Source: an uncultured Acidobacteriota bacterium
GTDB lineage: Bacteria; Acidobacteriota; Vicinamibacteria; Vicinamibacterales; UBA2999
Length of the DNA stretch: 64,000 nt
NCBI GenBank assembly: GCA_963818645.1
Contig: CAWFTF010000008.1
Coordinates: 36,197 to 100,196, forward strand
Direction: 5' to 3'
The position numbers and the translations under genes are program-made. This document shows, piece after piece, positions 29,380-38,600 of the stretch. Under the pieces are notes generated by a model, which saw nothing but the letters and a program-made list of their open reading frames with translations, had not been told where the DNA came from and ran no database searches. Numbering within the stretch: position 1 is the stretch's first letter; every line of letters starts with the position of its first letter.

Positions 29380-30756
29380 TCAATGTGCGATCGGAGCGGA
29401 CCGTTGCGCAGTCGCCTGATCTGGCAGCTTGATCGTGAACGACAGGGCGATGATCGTCAGCGTCGAGATCAGCGCCGGGACGGCCGCGGCGAGGAACAGT
29501 TCTCGCGGACCCCAGTTCAGCCCGAGCAGCGTCCCCCCGAGGTAAGGTCCGACGATCGCGCCGGTGCGGCCGATGCCGAGGCCCCAGCCCACGCCCGTCG
29601 AGCGCAGGTACGTCGGATAGTACGTGGCTGAGAGCGCGTTGATGCCAGGCTGGCCGCCGATGATGGCCCACCCCGCCACAAAGACGATCACGTTGAGCAG
29701 GGCCAGAGAGATGCCGGGTTGTCCAATCAGCGCGATACTCGCGGTCGCCACGGCAAAGGTGGCCGTCAGCATCGGAATGAACCCGCCTCGCGCGATGAGC
29801 CAGGCGAGGCCGAACGTTCCGATCGTGCCGCCCACCTGAAGCACCGTGCCCACCAGCACTGCGGTCTGCGTCGTGTATCCCATCCCGGTCACCACGGTGG
29901 GCAGCCAGTTCGAGAGCGAATACAGGACAAGCAGATTCATGAAGTTCACGGTCCAGATCAGGACGGTGACGATGCCGCGCCCGTCGCGGAACAGGTGTAC
30001 GGCCGGTACGCCCGTTCGACCCTCCTCGTTGGCGACAAACTGCGTGGACGCATCGACGCGAATCGTCGGGTCGAGCTGTCTGAGCCAGCGCGCCAGCGTC
30101 GCGCGCCCGCGCCCGCTGACGGCGAGGAACTGGAGCGACTCAGGGAGGCCCCAGATCATCGCCAGTGCAATCACCAACGGAATAGCGCCGCCAAAGATGA
30201 ACACCGACTGCCAGCCGAAAGCCGGGATCATCCAAGCCGCGACGAATCCGCCGAGCGCGGCGCCCACGGTGAAGCCGACGGTGATGCACATCATGAGCGT
30301 CACGCGACTGCGCTTCGGACTGAACTCGCCAATGAGTGCCGTCGCGTTCGGCATGATGCAGCCCATGCCGATCCCGGCGATGAACCGTAGCCAGAGCAAT
30401 TGGGGCACGTTCTCGGCATATGCCGTGGCGATGGCCATGGCAGAGAAGAAGAGTGTGGCGCCGATGAGGACCGGCCGGCGGCCAATCTTGTCGGCCACCA
30501 TGCTGAAGACGAGCGATCCGAGCAGTACGCCGAAGTTGGCGGCCGCAAACACACCGCCGAGTTGCGCGCGCGGGATTCCCCAGTCTTCGACGATCGCCGG
30601 GGCGACGTAGCCCATGGCCTGGACGTCGAAGCCGTCCATGATCAGGCAGATCATGCAGAGGAGGAAGACCCGTATCTGCAGCGGTCCGATCGTGCTGTTC
30701 TCGAGCAACTCTCCGATGTTGATCTTGCTGACCGCTTGGCCCGGCATGCTCATCAA
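29380..30756 (-). CDS. MFS transporter, aromatic acid:H+ symporter (AAHS, PcaK-like) family
   Basis: 458 aa, 12 predicted TM helices. MFS motif A-like DKIGRRPVL. A second half-repeat is present. Sits within the aromatic-catabolic context. Confidence 0.85.
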   Translation of the reverse strand: MMSMPGQAVSKINIGELLENSTIGPLQIRVFLLCMICLIMDGFDVQAMGYVAPAIVEDWGIPRAQLGGVFAAANFGVLLGSLVFSMVADKIGRRPVLIGATLFFSAMAIATAYAENVPQLLWLRFIAGIGMGCIMPNATALIGEFSPKRSRVTLMMCITVGFTVGAALGGFVAAWMIPAFGWQSVFIFGGAIPLVIALAMIWGLPESLQFLAVSGRGRATLARWLRQLDPTIRVDASTQFVANEEGRTGVPAVHLFRDGRGIVTVLIWTVNFMNLLVLYSLSNWLPTVVTGMGYTTQTAVLVGTVLQVGGTIGTFGLAWLIARGGFIPMLTATFAVATASIALIGQPGISLALLNVIVFVAGWAIIGGQPGINALSATYYPTYLRSTGVGWGLGIGRTGAIVGPYLGGTLLGLNWGPRELFLAAAVPALISTLTIIALSFTIKLPDQATAQRSAPIAH

Positions 30757-30788
30757 AAACTCCTAAACGAAACGTGCCATATCAGACT

Positions 30789-30816
30789 TTGATAACGGCG
30801 ACCCGCGAAGTATACT
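30789..30816 (+). promoter_or_regulatory. Sigma70-type promoter for cassette A
   Basis: TTGATA (30789-30794), 16-nt spacer, then TATACT (30811-30816). The -10 context (aagtatactcg) resembles that of the promoter at 24941. Confidence 0.4.
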
Positions 30817-30893
30817 CGCGAGCCAATCGTAACGACCGCTGGCTCAGAAGTTTCGCGCGCTGCGCCGCGCCTTCTGCTTCAGCGAGGACACCC

Positions 30894-31814
30894 ATGACCC
30901 ACACCGCACACATTGGGAGAATCGGCGCGCTGATCCTGGCCGTCCTTACCACCGGTGCGCCTGCGTTCGCGCAGATCGATCTCTCGGGCGAATGGTCGGT
31001 CGTGCGCGCCGAGGACAACGTCGGCAATACCGAACTGGGTGACTGGGTCGGCATACCGATGAATGACGCGTCGAGACGTCGCTCGACGGCGTGGGACGCG
31101 TCGATTCAGACGCTTCCCGAATGGCAGTGCCGTCCTCATGGCAGCGCCTATATCTCACGCGGTCCCTCTGCACTGAAGATCTGGCAGGACGTCGATCCGG
31201 TGTCGCGCGAGACGACCGCGTGGCACCTTGAATGGCTGCGATCGGTGGACCGCCCGATCTACATGGATGGCCGGCCGCATCCTTCACCCAACGCTGCTCA
31301 CACCTGGGCGGGATTCTCGACGGGCGAGTGGGTGGGCGACATGTTACGCGTGCGCGTCACTCATCTCAAAGAGGAGTATCTGAAGCGCAACGGTGTCTGG
31401 CACAGCGACAAGATCGAGCTGACGCAGTACCTCATTCGCCGTGGCGACTATCTCACCTATCTCGTCATCGCGTACGACCCGGTGTACCTGAGCGAGCCGC
31501 TGGTGCGCAGCACCGAGTACAGGCTCAACGTCAATCAACAGATTCCGCCGTACCCGTGCACCGTGGTCAACGAGGTGGATCGTCCGAAAGGTGTGGTGCC
31601 GCACTACCTGCCGGGCACGAACAACGACATCACCTGGTTTTCGCGTCGGTATGGCATCCCGATGGATGTCGTGAATGCCGGAGCCGCGAATATGTATCCG
31701 GAGATTCGCGCGAAGATTCCGCGCTCGATGGGTGGATTCGGTCCGGAGCCACCGCCCACTCCAGCAAGCCAGCCCAGAACCCAGCGTCCGGCGCCGCGCG
31801 CCGGTCAGCAGTAG
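30894..31814 (+). CDS. Secreted protein of unknown function, paralog family member P2 (cassette A, gene 1)
   Basis: Start at MTHTAHIGRIGALILAVLTTGAPAFAQ. Motifs DLSGEW, WDASIQTLPEWQCRPHG, IYMDGRPHP, WAGFSTGEWVGD, YLKRNG, DPVYLSEP. Clearly similar to 35815..36699 by eye. Confidence 0.8.
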   Translation: MTHTAHIGRIGALILAVLTTGAPAFAQIDLSGEWSVVRAEDNVGNTELGDWVGIPMNDASRRRSTAWDASIQTLPEWQCRPHGSAYISRGPSALKIWQDVDPVSRETTAWHLEWLRSVDRPIYMDGRPHPSPNAAHTWAGFSTGEWVGDMLRVRVTHLKEEYLKRNGVWHSDKIELTQYLIRRGDYLTYLVIAYDPVYLSEPLVRSTEYRLNVNQQIPPYPCTVVNEVDRPKGVVPHYLPGTNNDITWFSRRYGIPMDVVNAGAANMYPEIRAKIPRSMGGFGPEPPPTPASQPRTQRPAPRAGQQ

Positions 31815-31849
31815 AGCGGTGCGGATGAGACGAACGTCAACTCTGAGGG

Positions 31850-32983
31850 TTGCGCTTGGCTATTGCCGTCGCGACGCAGACGCCACTCATCGGTCAGTCG
31901 CCAACGGTTGCGCCTTCCGGCCTGGTGAAGGCGCCGACGATCCAGCCGCCACCAGCGGGCGAGATTGAGATCCTGCCTGTTCGAGGAAACATCTACGCGC
32001 TCATGGGTGCAGGTGCGAACATCATCGCCTCGGTGGGCCCTGACGGTGTGTTGCTCGTCGATGCCGGGACCGCGGGAATGACCGACAAGATCGTTGCGGC
32101 GCTCGCACAGCTTCAACGCGAGTTTTCCGCTCGCAACGAGCCGAAGCCGCCCGGATGGGGAGCCGAGACGCGATCCTCAGTTGTCGATCGTCACATCGTC
32201 GCGCCTCCCAAGCCGATCCGCTACATCGTGAACACCGGGCCCACAGCCGATCACGTCGGCGGCAACGAGAAACTGCGCAATGCGGGACGCACGTTCACCG
32301 GCGGCAACGTCGCCGGAGATATTCGCGACTCGGGAGAAGGCGCCGCGATCCTGGCCCACGAGAACGTCCTCGTCCGACTCGGTCACGCCGCCGAGGGACA
32401 GCCGTCGCCGCCTGCCGACGCACTTCCGACCGACACGTACTTCACCGACTACTACAAGCTCAGTCACTTCTTTAACGGCGAGGGCGTGCAACTTCTTCAC
32501 ATGCCCAAGGCCAACACTGACGGCGATTCGATCGTCTACTTCCGTGGAAGCGACGTGATCGCGCTCGGCGACCTGATGGCCACCGAGAGCTATCCGACCT
32601 TCGACGTGGAGAAGGGCGGCAGCATCAACGGCGTCATCGACGGTTTGAACGCGGTGCTCGATCTTGCGATCACCGAGTTCCGTCTCGAAGGTGGGACGAT
32701 GATGGTGCCCGGGCACGGACGGCTCGTTGACTCAGGCGACGTGGCGTACTACCGCGACATGTTGACGATCATCCGCGATCGCATTCAGGACATGGTCAGC
32801 AAGGAGATGACGCTCGACGAGGTGAAGGCGGCGAAACCGACTGCCGACTACGACACCGAGTACGGCAACACGCCGGGCTGGACGTCGGACATGTTCATCG
32901 AAGCGGTCTACAAGAGTCTCGGCGGTGGGCGGACGCCTCCGCGACCCGCGCGAGCGCCGGCACGCAAGGGCGGTCAGCGATGA
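31850..32983 (+). CDS. Secreted MBL-fold protein with degenerate metal-binding motifs (cassette A, gene 2)
   Basis: ILPVRGNIYALMGAGANIIASVGPDGVLLVDAG. NTGPTADHVG replaces HxHxDH and ANTDGD replaces AHTDGD. VPGHG is retained. TTG start at 31850. ATG 31825 (MRRTSTLR...) would join with a 1-nt correction in the ggg run at 31847. Confidence 0.8.
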   Translation: MRLAIAVATQTPLIGQSPTVAPSGLVKAPTIQPPPAGEIEILPVRGNIYALMGAGANIIASVGPDGVLLVDAGTAGMTDKIVAALAQLQREFSARNEPKPPGWGAETRSSVVDRHIVAPPKPIRYIVNTGPTADHVGGNEKLRNAGRTFTGGNVAGDIRDSGEGAAILAHENVLVRLGHAAEGQPSPPADALPTDTYFTDYYKLSHFFNGEGVQLLHMPKANTDGDSIVYFRGSDVIALGDLMATESYPTFDVEKGGSINGVIDGLNAVLDLAITEFRLEGGTMMVPGHGRLVDSGDVAYYRDMLTIIRDRIQDMVSKEMTLDEVKAAKPTADYDTEYGNTPGWTSDMFIEAVYKSLGGGRTPPRPARAPARKGGQR

Positions 32984-33795
32984 ACGCGGCTTGCGCGCGC
33001 AGGCCGGGTGCTTGGACCCGGCGGGTCTATAAAACAAGACCCGCCCTGCTCGTGCTCATCGTGTGTCTGACGGCAGCTCCCGCGCTTGCGCAACGCGGGC
33101 GCGGTGAGGCGCCGACGCCACGCGCGGCTGCGCCGATCGATCTCACGGGTTACTGGGTGTCTCTCGTCACCGACGATTGGCGATGGCGGATGGTGACGCC
33201 ACCGAAGGGCGACATCCTCTATCTGCCGGTCAACGACGAGGGCCGACGCGTGGCCGACGCGTGGGATCCGGCGAAAGACGAAACCGCCGGCGAGGCATGT
33301 CGCGCATTCGGCGCGGGAGGCATCATGCATCTTCCCGGTCGCCTGCACATCACCTGGGACGGCGACACGGCGCTCAAGGTGGAGACCGACACGGGACAAC
33401 AGACACGCATCTTCGCGTTTGGACCTGCCCATGCTTCGAGCGAAGCCACATGGCAGGGATCATCTGTCGCTACGTGGGAGCTCCCGGCAGGCCGCGGCCG
33501 CGGCCGTGGCGCTGCAGGTGGAGCGAATCCGTCGCGGCCCGGCACGTCACTTCGAGTGGAGACCACGCACATGCGTCCGGGCTACTATCGCCGGAACGGC
33601 GTGCCCTACGGCGCCAACGCGCACATGACTGAGTGGTTCACCACGGTGTCCGAGCCGGATGGCAACACGTACTTGCTCGTCACGAAGATCCTCGAGGATC
33701 CGCAATACATGAACGGTCCGTACGTGCGGACGGTTCAGTTCAAGAAGCAGCCCGACGCGACGGGGTGGAATCCGACACCCTGTTCCGCGCGTTGA
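32980..33795 (+). CDS. Secreted protein of unknown function, paralog family member P3 (cassette A, gene 3)
   Basis: The ATG overlaps the MBL-A stop (ATGA). Signal peptide ...CLTAAPALAQ. Motifs IDLTGYWVS, DDWRWRM, AWDPAKDETAGEACRAFG, YYRRNGVPYG, EDPQYMNGPYV. Confidence 0.8.
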   Translation: MNAACARRPGAWTRRVYKTRPALLVLIVCLTAAPALAQRGRGEAPTPRAAAPIDLTGYWVSLVTDDWRWRMVTPPKGDILYLPVNDEGRRVADAWDPAKDETAGEACRAFGAGGIMHLPGRLHITWDGDTALKVETDTGQQTRIFAFGPAHASSEATWQGSSVATWELPAGRGRGRGAAGGANPSRPGTSLRVETTHMRPGYYRRNGVPYGANAHMTEWFTTVSEPDGNTYLLVTKILEDPQYMNGPYVRTVQFKKQPDATGWNPTPCSAR

Positions 33796-33833
33796 GCCGG
33801 ATGTGCAATCTGCGGTTGAGCGGGATATAGAAA

Positions 33834-34745
33834 ATGCGTCTCTGTCGTTTCAATGACCATCGTCTCGGCATCGTTGAAGGAGCCGACCGTTCGCGACGTG
33901 ACGGCGGCCCTCGAGGTGTTGCCGAAGCAGGAGTTATCCGTTTCCGACACACGATCTGCTGATCGAGCATCTCGATCGAATCGTGGAGCGCGCCCGCACG
34001 CTCCTGCCAGGCGCGCGCACGCTGGCAGTTGACTCAGTCACGCTGCTGAGCCCCGTCGCCAATCCGGGCAAGATCATTGCTGCTCCGGTGAACTACGAAA
34101 AGCACCGCGATCGAAGCCACCAAGGATCCTCAGCTGCACGGGAACAATCCGGGGAGTGCGTTCAGTATCCAGACAGCGGGTCTCTTCCTCAAGGCAACGA
34201 GCTCGCTCGTCGGTCCGGGTGAAGGCGTCGTCATTCGGCTTCCCGAGCGACGCACCGATCACGAGGTCGAGCTTGTCGTCGTGATCGGGAAGCGCGCGAA
34301 CCACGTCGCGCGTCAGGATGCGCTGGCGTACGTGGCCGGTTACTCGATCGGGCTCGACATCTCGATTCGAGGGTCTGAGGATCGCAGCTTCCGCAAGTCC
34401 CCGGACAGCTACACGGTGCTCGGGCCGTGGCTCGTGACCGCCGACGAGATTTCGAACCCAGGCGCGCTCGATCTGCAGATCACGGTCAACGGCGAAGTGC
34501 GTCAGCAGTCGAACACCCGGCACTTCATTCTGGGCGTTGCCGAACTGATCGAGATGGCGTCGTCGATGTACACGCTTCACCCCGGGGATCTCATCTTCAC
34601 CGGCACGCCGGAGGGAGTGAGCCCGATTCGCGCCGGCGACAGCATCGTGGCCACGATCGCGAACATCGGAAGCATGGCGGTTGCCGTCCGTGCCGAAGAG
34701 GCGATCTCCGCGCCGGCCATGAGCGCCTCGTCCGCCGGAGCCTAG
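33834..34745 (+). pseudogene. FAH-family hydrolase (fumarylpyruvate/maleylpyruvate hydrolase-like) interrupted by three +1 shifts (about 33886, 33935, 34108)
   Basis: MRLCRFNDHRLGIVEG..., then TVRDVTAALEVLPKQ, then YPFPTHDLLIEHLDRIVERARTLLPGA...NYEKHR, then EATKDPQLHG...HEVELVVVIGKRANHV...GDLIFTGTPEGV, read in frames 0, 1, 2, 0. Adjacent to the gentisate dioxygenase gene. Confidence 0.8.
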
Positions 34746-34753
34746 GACACACC

Positions 34754-35818
34754 ATGGACGGCGCCAGCACGACGTTCTTTACCAAGCCCTCGCTCACCGA
34801 AGAGCGAAAGGAGTTCTACCGTCGTCTCGAGGCCAAGGGGGCAGCGCCGCTCTGGGAAGTGCTGGGCGCGATCATTCCGCCCGAACCTCGCCCCGAAATG
34901 GTTCCGGTGCTCTGGCACTACGACGATCTACGGCCGCTGCTCATGGAAGCGGGACGTCTGCTCACCGAGAAGGAAGCCGAGCGGCGTGTGCTCGTCCTCG
35001 AGAACCCTGGACTTCGCGGCAAGTCTCGCGTGACCGGCAGCCTCTACATCGGTCTTCAGTTGATCCTTCCGGGCGAGACCGCGCGCTGTCATCGTCATGC
35101 GACGTCGGCGCTCCGATTCGTGCTCGAGGGGAGCGGAGCGTACACTGCGGTCGAGGGTGAACGGACGACGATGAACCCGGGGGACTTCATCCTGACGCCT
35201 TCGTGGACGTACCACGATCACGGCAATCCGAGTGACGGCCCGATGGTCTGGCTGGACGGTCTCGACATTCCGATCGTCAACCTGTTCGACACGAGCTTCG
35301 CCGAGCACTACCCGGGAGAGGTTCAGCCGAACACGATCGCGTACGGCGATTCACTCGCTCGATACGGCGCGAACATGCTGCCTGTGGACTACTCACCGAC
35401 GCGGCCTTCGTCGCCGATCTTCAACTACCCGTATGAGCGCAGCCGTCAGGCGCTCGAGCAGTTGAAGCGGAACGGCGCACCGCATCCCAGTCACGGGATC
35501 AAGATGCGATTCGTGAATCCGGTGTCGGGCGGATACACCATGCCGACGATCGGCGCGTTCATGCAATTGCTGCCGGCGGGGTTCAGCGGCGTGGCGTATC
35601 GTCAAACCGACGCCACGATCTACGTCGTCGTCGAAGGACAGGGGCGAACGCGCATCGGCGATCAGGTGTTCGAGTGGCGTCCACGCGACATCTTCGTGAC
35701 GCCGTCGTGGGCGCCGGTTGCGCACGAGGCGCAGTCGGAGGCCGTGCTCTTCAGCCTGTCCGATCGTCCCGCGCAGCAAGCACTTGGCTTGTGGCGCGAG
35801 CAGGTTCCATTGAAATGA
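34754..35818 (+). CDS. Gentisate 1,2-dioxygenase (bicupin)
   Basis: EFYRRLEAKGAAPLWEVL, ENPGLRG, CHRHATSALRFVLEGSGAYTAVEGE, SWTYHDHGN, and a second cupin half (YVVVEGQGRTRIGD). Confidence 0.9.
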   Translation: MDGASTTFFTKPSLTEERKEFYRRLEAKGAAPLWEVLGAIIPPEPRPEMVPVLWHYDDLRPLLMEAGRLLTEKEAERRVLVLENPGLRGKSRVTGSLYIGLQLILPGETARCHRHATSALRFVLEGSGAYTAVEGERTTMNPGDFILTPSWTYHDHGNPSDGPMVWLDGLDIPIVNLFDTSFAEHYPGEVQPNTIAYGDSLARYGANMLPVDYSPTRPSSPIFNYPYERSRQALEQLKRNGAPHPSHGIKMRFVNPVSGGYTMPTIGAFMQLLPAGFSGVAYRQTDATIYVVVEGQGRTRIGDQVFEWRPRDIFVTPSWAPVAHEAQSEAVLFSLSDRPAQQALGLWREQVPLK

Positions 35819-36699
35819 CTCAACTCCCAACGTCCAACTCCCAACTCCCAAGATACCTGGCGCGAATCGTAACCCTGGCGCTTATCGCGCTGGCGGTCGG
35901 AATCGCACCAGCTGCCGCGCAGGTGGATTTCTCCGGCGAATGGGCGCCGCGCTTCTGGGAGGACCAGCCCGAGCGCGTGCCCGGTCCTGAGCTTGGCGAC
36001 TACCTGGGTATTCCGATCAGCGACGCTGCAAGGCTGCGCGCCGAGTCGTGGGACGCGTCGATTCAGACGCTGCCTGAGTGGCAGTGCCGGCCGCACTCGG
36101 CCGATTACATCTGGCGCGGCCCGTCACCGCTGAGAATCTCGAAGGAAGTCGATCCCGTCTCGCGCGAGATCGTCGCGTTTCACGCCGAGTGGCTTCGCTC
36201 CGTCGATCGAGCGGTGTTTCTGGATGGCCGTCCGCATCCTCCCGCCGATGCACTGCATACGTGGGCGGGCTTCTCGACCGCCAGGTGGGATGGCGACATC
36301 CTGACCGTCACCGTGACGCACCTGAAGGAAGGCTACCTCCGGCGCAACGGTCTTCCGCGCAGCGACAAGGCCACGTTGACCGAGCACTGGATTCGCAACG
36401 GCGACTTCCTCACGGTCGTCACGATCGTGAACGATCCCGTCTACCTGACGGAGCCCTTCATCAGAACCACCGACTACGAACTGAGCCTCACACAGCAGGT
36501 GCCGCCCTATCCCTGCGGCGTCGTGCAGGAAATCGATCGAGGAGAAGGGGAGGTTCCGCACTATCTGCCGGGCACCAATCCCTACACGAAGGAGTTCGCC
36601 GTCAAGCATGGCCTGCCGATCGAAGCGACTCGCGGCGGTGCGGCCACGATGTATCCAGACTTCAAAGAGAAACTGAAGACACTGCCGCCCGCAAAATAG
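35815..36699 (+). CDS. Secreted protein of unknown function, paralog family member P4 (cassette B, gene 1)
   Basis: The ATG overlaps the gentisate dioxygenase stop (ATGA). The N-region MTQLPTSNSQLPR is encoded by a (CCAACTC)n array. Signal peptide ...AVGIAPAAAQ. Same motifs as P2. Confidence 0.8.
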   Translation: MTQLPTSNSQLPRYLARIVTLALIALAVGIAPAAAQVDFSGEWAPRFWEDQPERVPGPELGDYLGIPISDAARLRAESWDASIQTLPEWQCRPHSADYIWRGPSPLRISKEVDPVSREIVAFHAEWLRSVDRAVFLDGRPHPPADALHTWAGFSTARWDGDILTVTVTHLKEGYLRRNGLPRSDKATLTEHWIRNGDFLTVVTIVNDPVYLTEPFIRTTDYELSLTQQVPPYPCGVVQEIDRGEGEVPHYLPGTNPYTKEFAVKHGLPIEATRGGAATMYPDFKEKLKTLPPAK

Positions 36700-36710
36700 C
36701 CGGAGCCGAC

Positions 36711-37836
36711 ATGCCCGCACAGGTCGTTGCCACGTTGCCCCGCGCCTGGTTGTTGCTGACCGTTCTCACCGCTCTCGCCGTCGCCGCGCCGTCCGTTCCT
36801 ATTGCAGCGCAGCAGGCTCCATCGAGTGAGATTCAGGTGCTGCCGGTTCGCGGCAACATTTACATGCTGCAGGGTGCTGGCGCGAACATCACCGTGTCCA
36901 TTGGACGCGACGGTGTGCTGATGGTGGACAGCGGTCTGGCGTCGATGGGCGATCAGGTGCTTGCAACGATTCGTCGCTTGCAGAATCAGATCGATCTCGG
37001 GGACAAGCCGCTCGGATGGGGAGCGGAGACGCGATCGAGTATCGCGGACAGGAACATCGAGACTCCCGCCAAGCCAATCCGCTACATCATCAACACCCAT
37101 GTGCATTCGGATCACGTCGGCGCGAACCAATTGCTCCGGCGCTCAGGGATGACGTTCACGGGCGGCAATGTCACGGGCAACATCTCCGACGCCACCGAAG
37201 GCGCGGCCATCATGGCGCACGAGGCGGTACTCACGCGGATGACGTCGACCGCAGGTGGTGCGACGCCTGTCGCCCGCGGATGCGCAGCCGACCGACACCT
37301 ACTACACCGACACGATGAAGCTCAGTCACTTCTTCAACGGCGAAGGAGTGCAGCTCATTCATCAGGCGTCCGCGCACACCGACGGCGATACGCTGGTCTG
37401 GTTTCGCGGGTCTGACGTGATCGCGGCTGGTGACGTGTTTTCTACAACGAGCTATCCGGTCATCGACGTGAAACAAGGTGGCTCGATTAACGGCGTCGTC
37501 GAAGGGTTGAACCGGATTCTGCGGCTCTGCATCGCCGAGTTCCGCACCGAGGGCGGCACGCTCGTCATTCCCGGTCACGGGCGCCTGAGTGACTCGGCAG
37601 ACGTGGCTTACTACCGCGACATGGTCACGATCATTCGCGACCGCGTGAGTGCGATGGTCGGAAGGGGTCTGACCCTCGAGCAGGTCAAGGCGTCGAAGCC
37701 GACGGCGGACTACGAACCTCGCTACGGCGCGACGAATGGTGCATGGACGACGGATCAGTTCATCGCGGCGGCTTATGAGTCGCTCGGTGGAGGAAAGACA
37801 ACAGCGCCGAAGACCGCGCCGGGGCGATCGAAGTGA
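36711..37836 (+). CDS. Secreted MBL-fold metallohydrolase with intact HxHxDH and an apparent +1 frameshift near 37265 (cassette B, gene 2)
   Basis: Signal peptide ...LAVAAPSVPIAAQ. VLPVRGNIYMLQGAGAN, NTHVHSDHVG, AHTDGD, IPGHG. The N-terminal part is in the frame of ORF 36078.. and the C-terminal part in ORF 37255... Colinear with MBL-A. Confidence 0.8.
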
Positions 37837-38600
37837 AGTCGCACGAACGTCATTTGGCGATACGGATCTCGATCGTCGTCGTGTGTCTCGCGAGTGTGGC
37901 GCCTTTAGCGGCGCAGCGCGGCCAGGGACGGCAGGGTGGCGCGCCATCCGCGCGGGCGTCGGCGCCAGTCGATCTCACCGGCATGTGGGTCTCGATCGTC
38001 ACGGAAGACTGGCGTTGGCGCATGCGCACGCCACCGAAGGGCGACTACGCAAGCCTTCCGCTCACCGACGCCGCGGTCAAAGTAGCCGATAGTTGGGATC
38101 CGGCGCGCGACGCGGCAGCCGGCGAACAGTGCCGGCCGTTCGGTGGCGCGGCGATTATGCGAGTGCCCGGCCGCATCCGTATCAGCTGGAACGACGACAC
38201 CAGTATCAAAGTGGAAACTGAGGCAGGGACACAGACGCGTGCGTTCGCATTTGGCTCGGCTCCAGCCGCCGAACCGAGTTGGCAAGGCGTCTCAGTGGCC
38301 AACTGGCAGGTAGCGGGCGGCGGTGGACGTCGCGGCGGCGGTCCTCCACGAGGCGGTTCCCTGCGCGTCGTGACGACGAACCTGCGGCCCGGATACCTGC
38401 GGAGAAACGGCGTTCCCTACAGCGCAAACGCCCGCGTCACCGAGTACTACAATCGCGTCAACGAGCCGAACGGCGATTCCTGGCTCATCGTGACGACGAT
38501 GGTTGAGGACCCGCAGTATCTGAACGCCCGGTTCGTGACGAGTTCGCACTTCAAGAAGATCCCGGACGACTCGCCCTGGAAGCCCACGCCATGCGACTAG
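37833..38600 (+). CDS. Secreted protein of unknown function, paralog family member P5 (cassette B, gene 3)
   Basis: The GTG overlaps the MBL-B stop (GTGA). Signal peptide ...LASVAPLAAQ. VDLTGMWVS, EDWRWRM, SWDPARDAAAGEQCRPFG, YLRRNGVPYS, EDPQYLNARFV. Paralog of P3. Confidence 0.8.
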   Translation: MKSHERHLAIRISIVVVCLASVAPLAAQRGQGRQGGAPSARASAPVDLTGMWVSIVTEDWRWRMRTPPKGDYASLPLTDAAVKVADSWDPARDAAAGEQCRPFGGAAIMRVPGRIRISWNDDTSIKVETEAGTQTRAFAFGSAPAAEPSWQGVSVANWQVAGGGGRRGGGPPRGGSLRVVTTNLRPGYLRRNGVPYSANARVTEYYNRVNEPNGDSWLIVTTMVEDPQYLNARFVTSSHFKKIPDDSPWKPTPCD

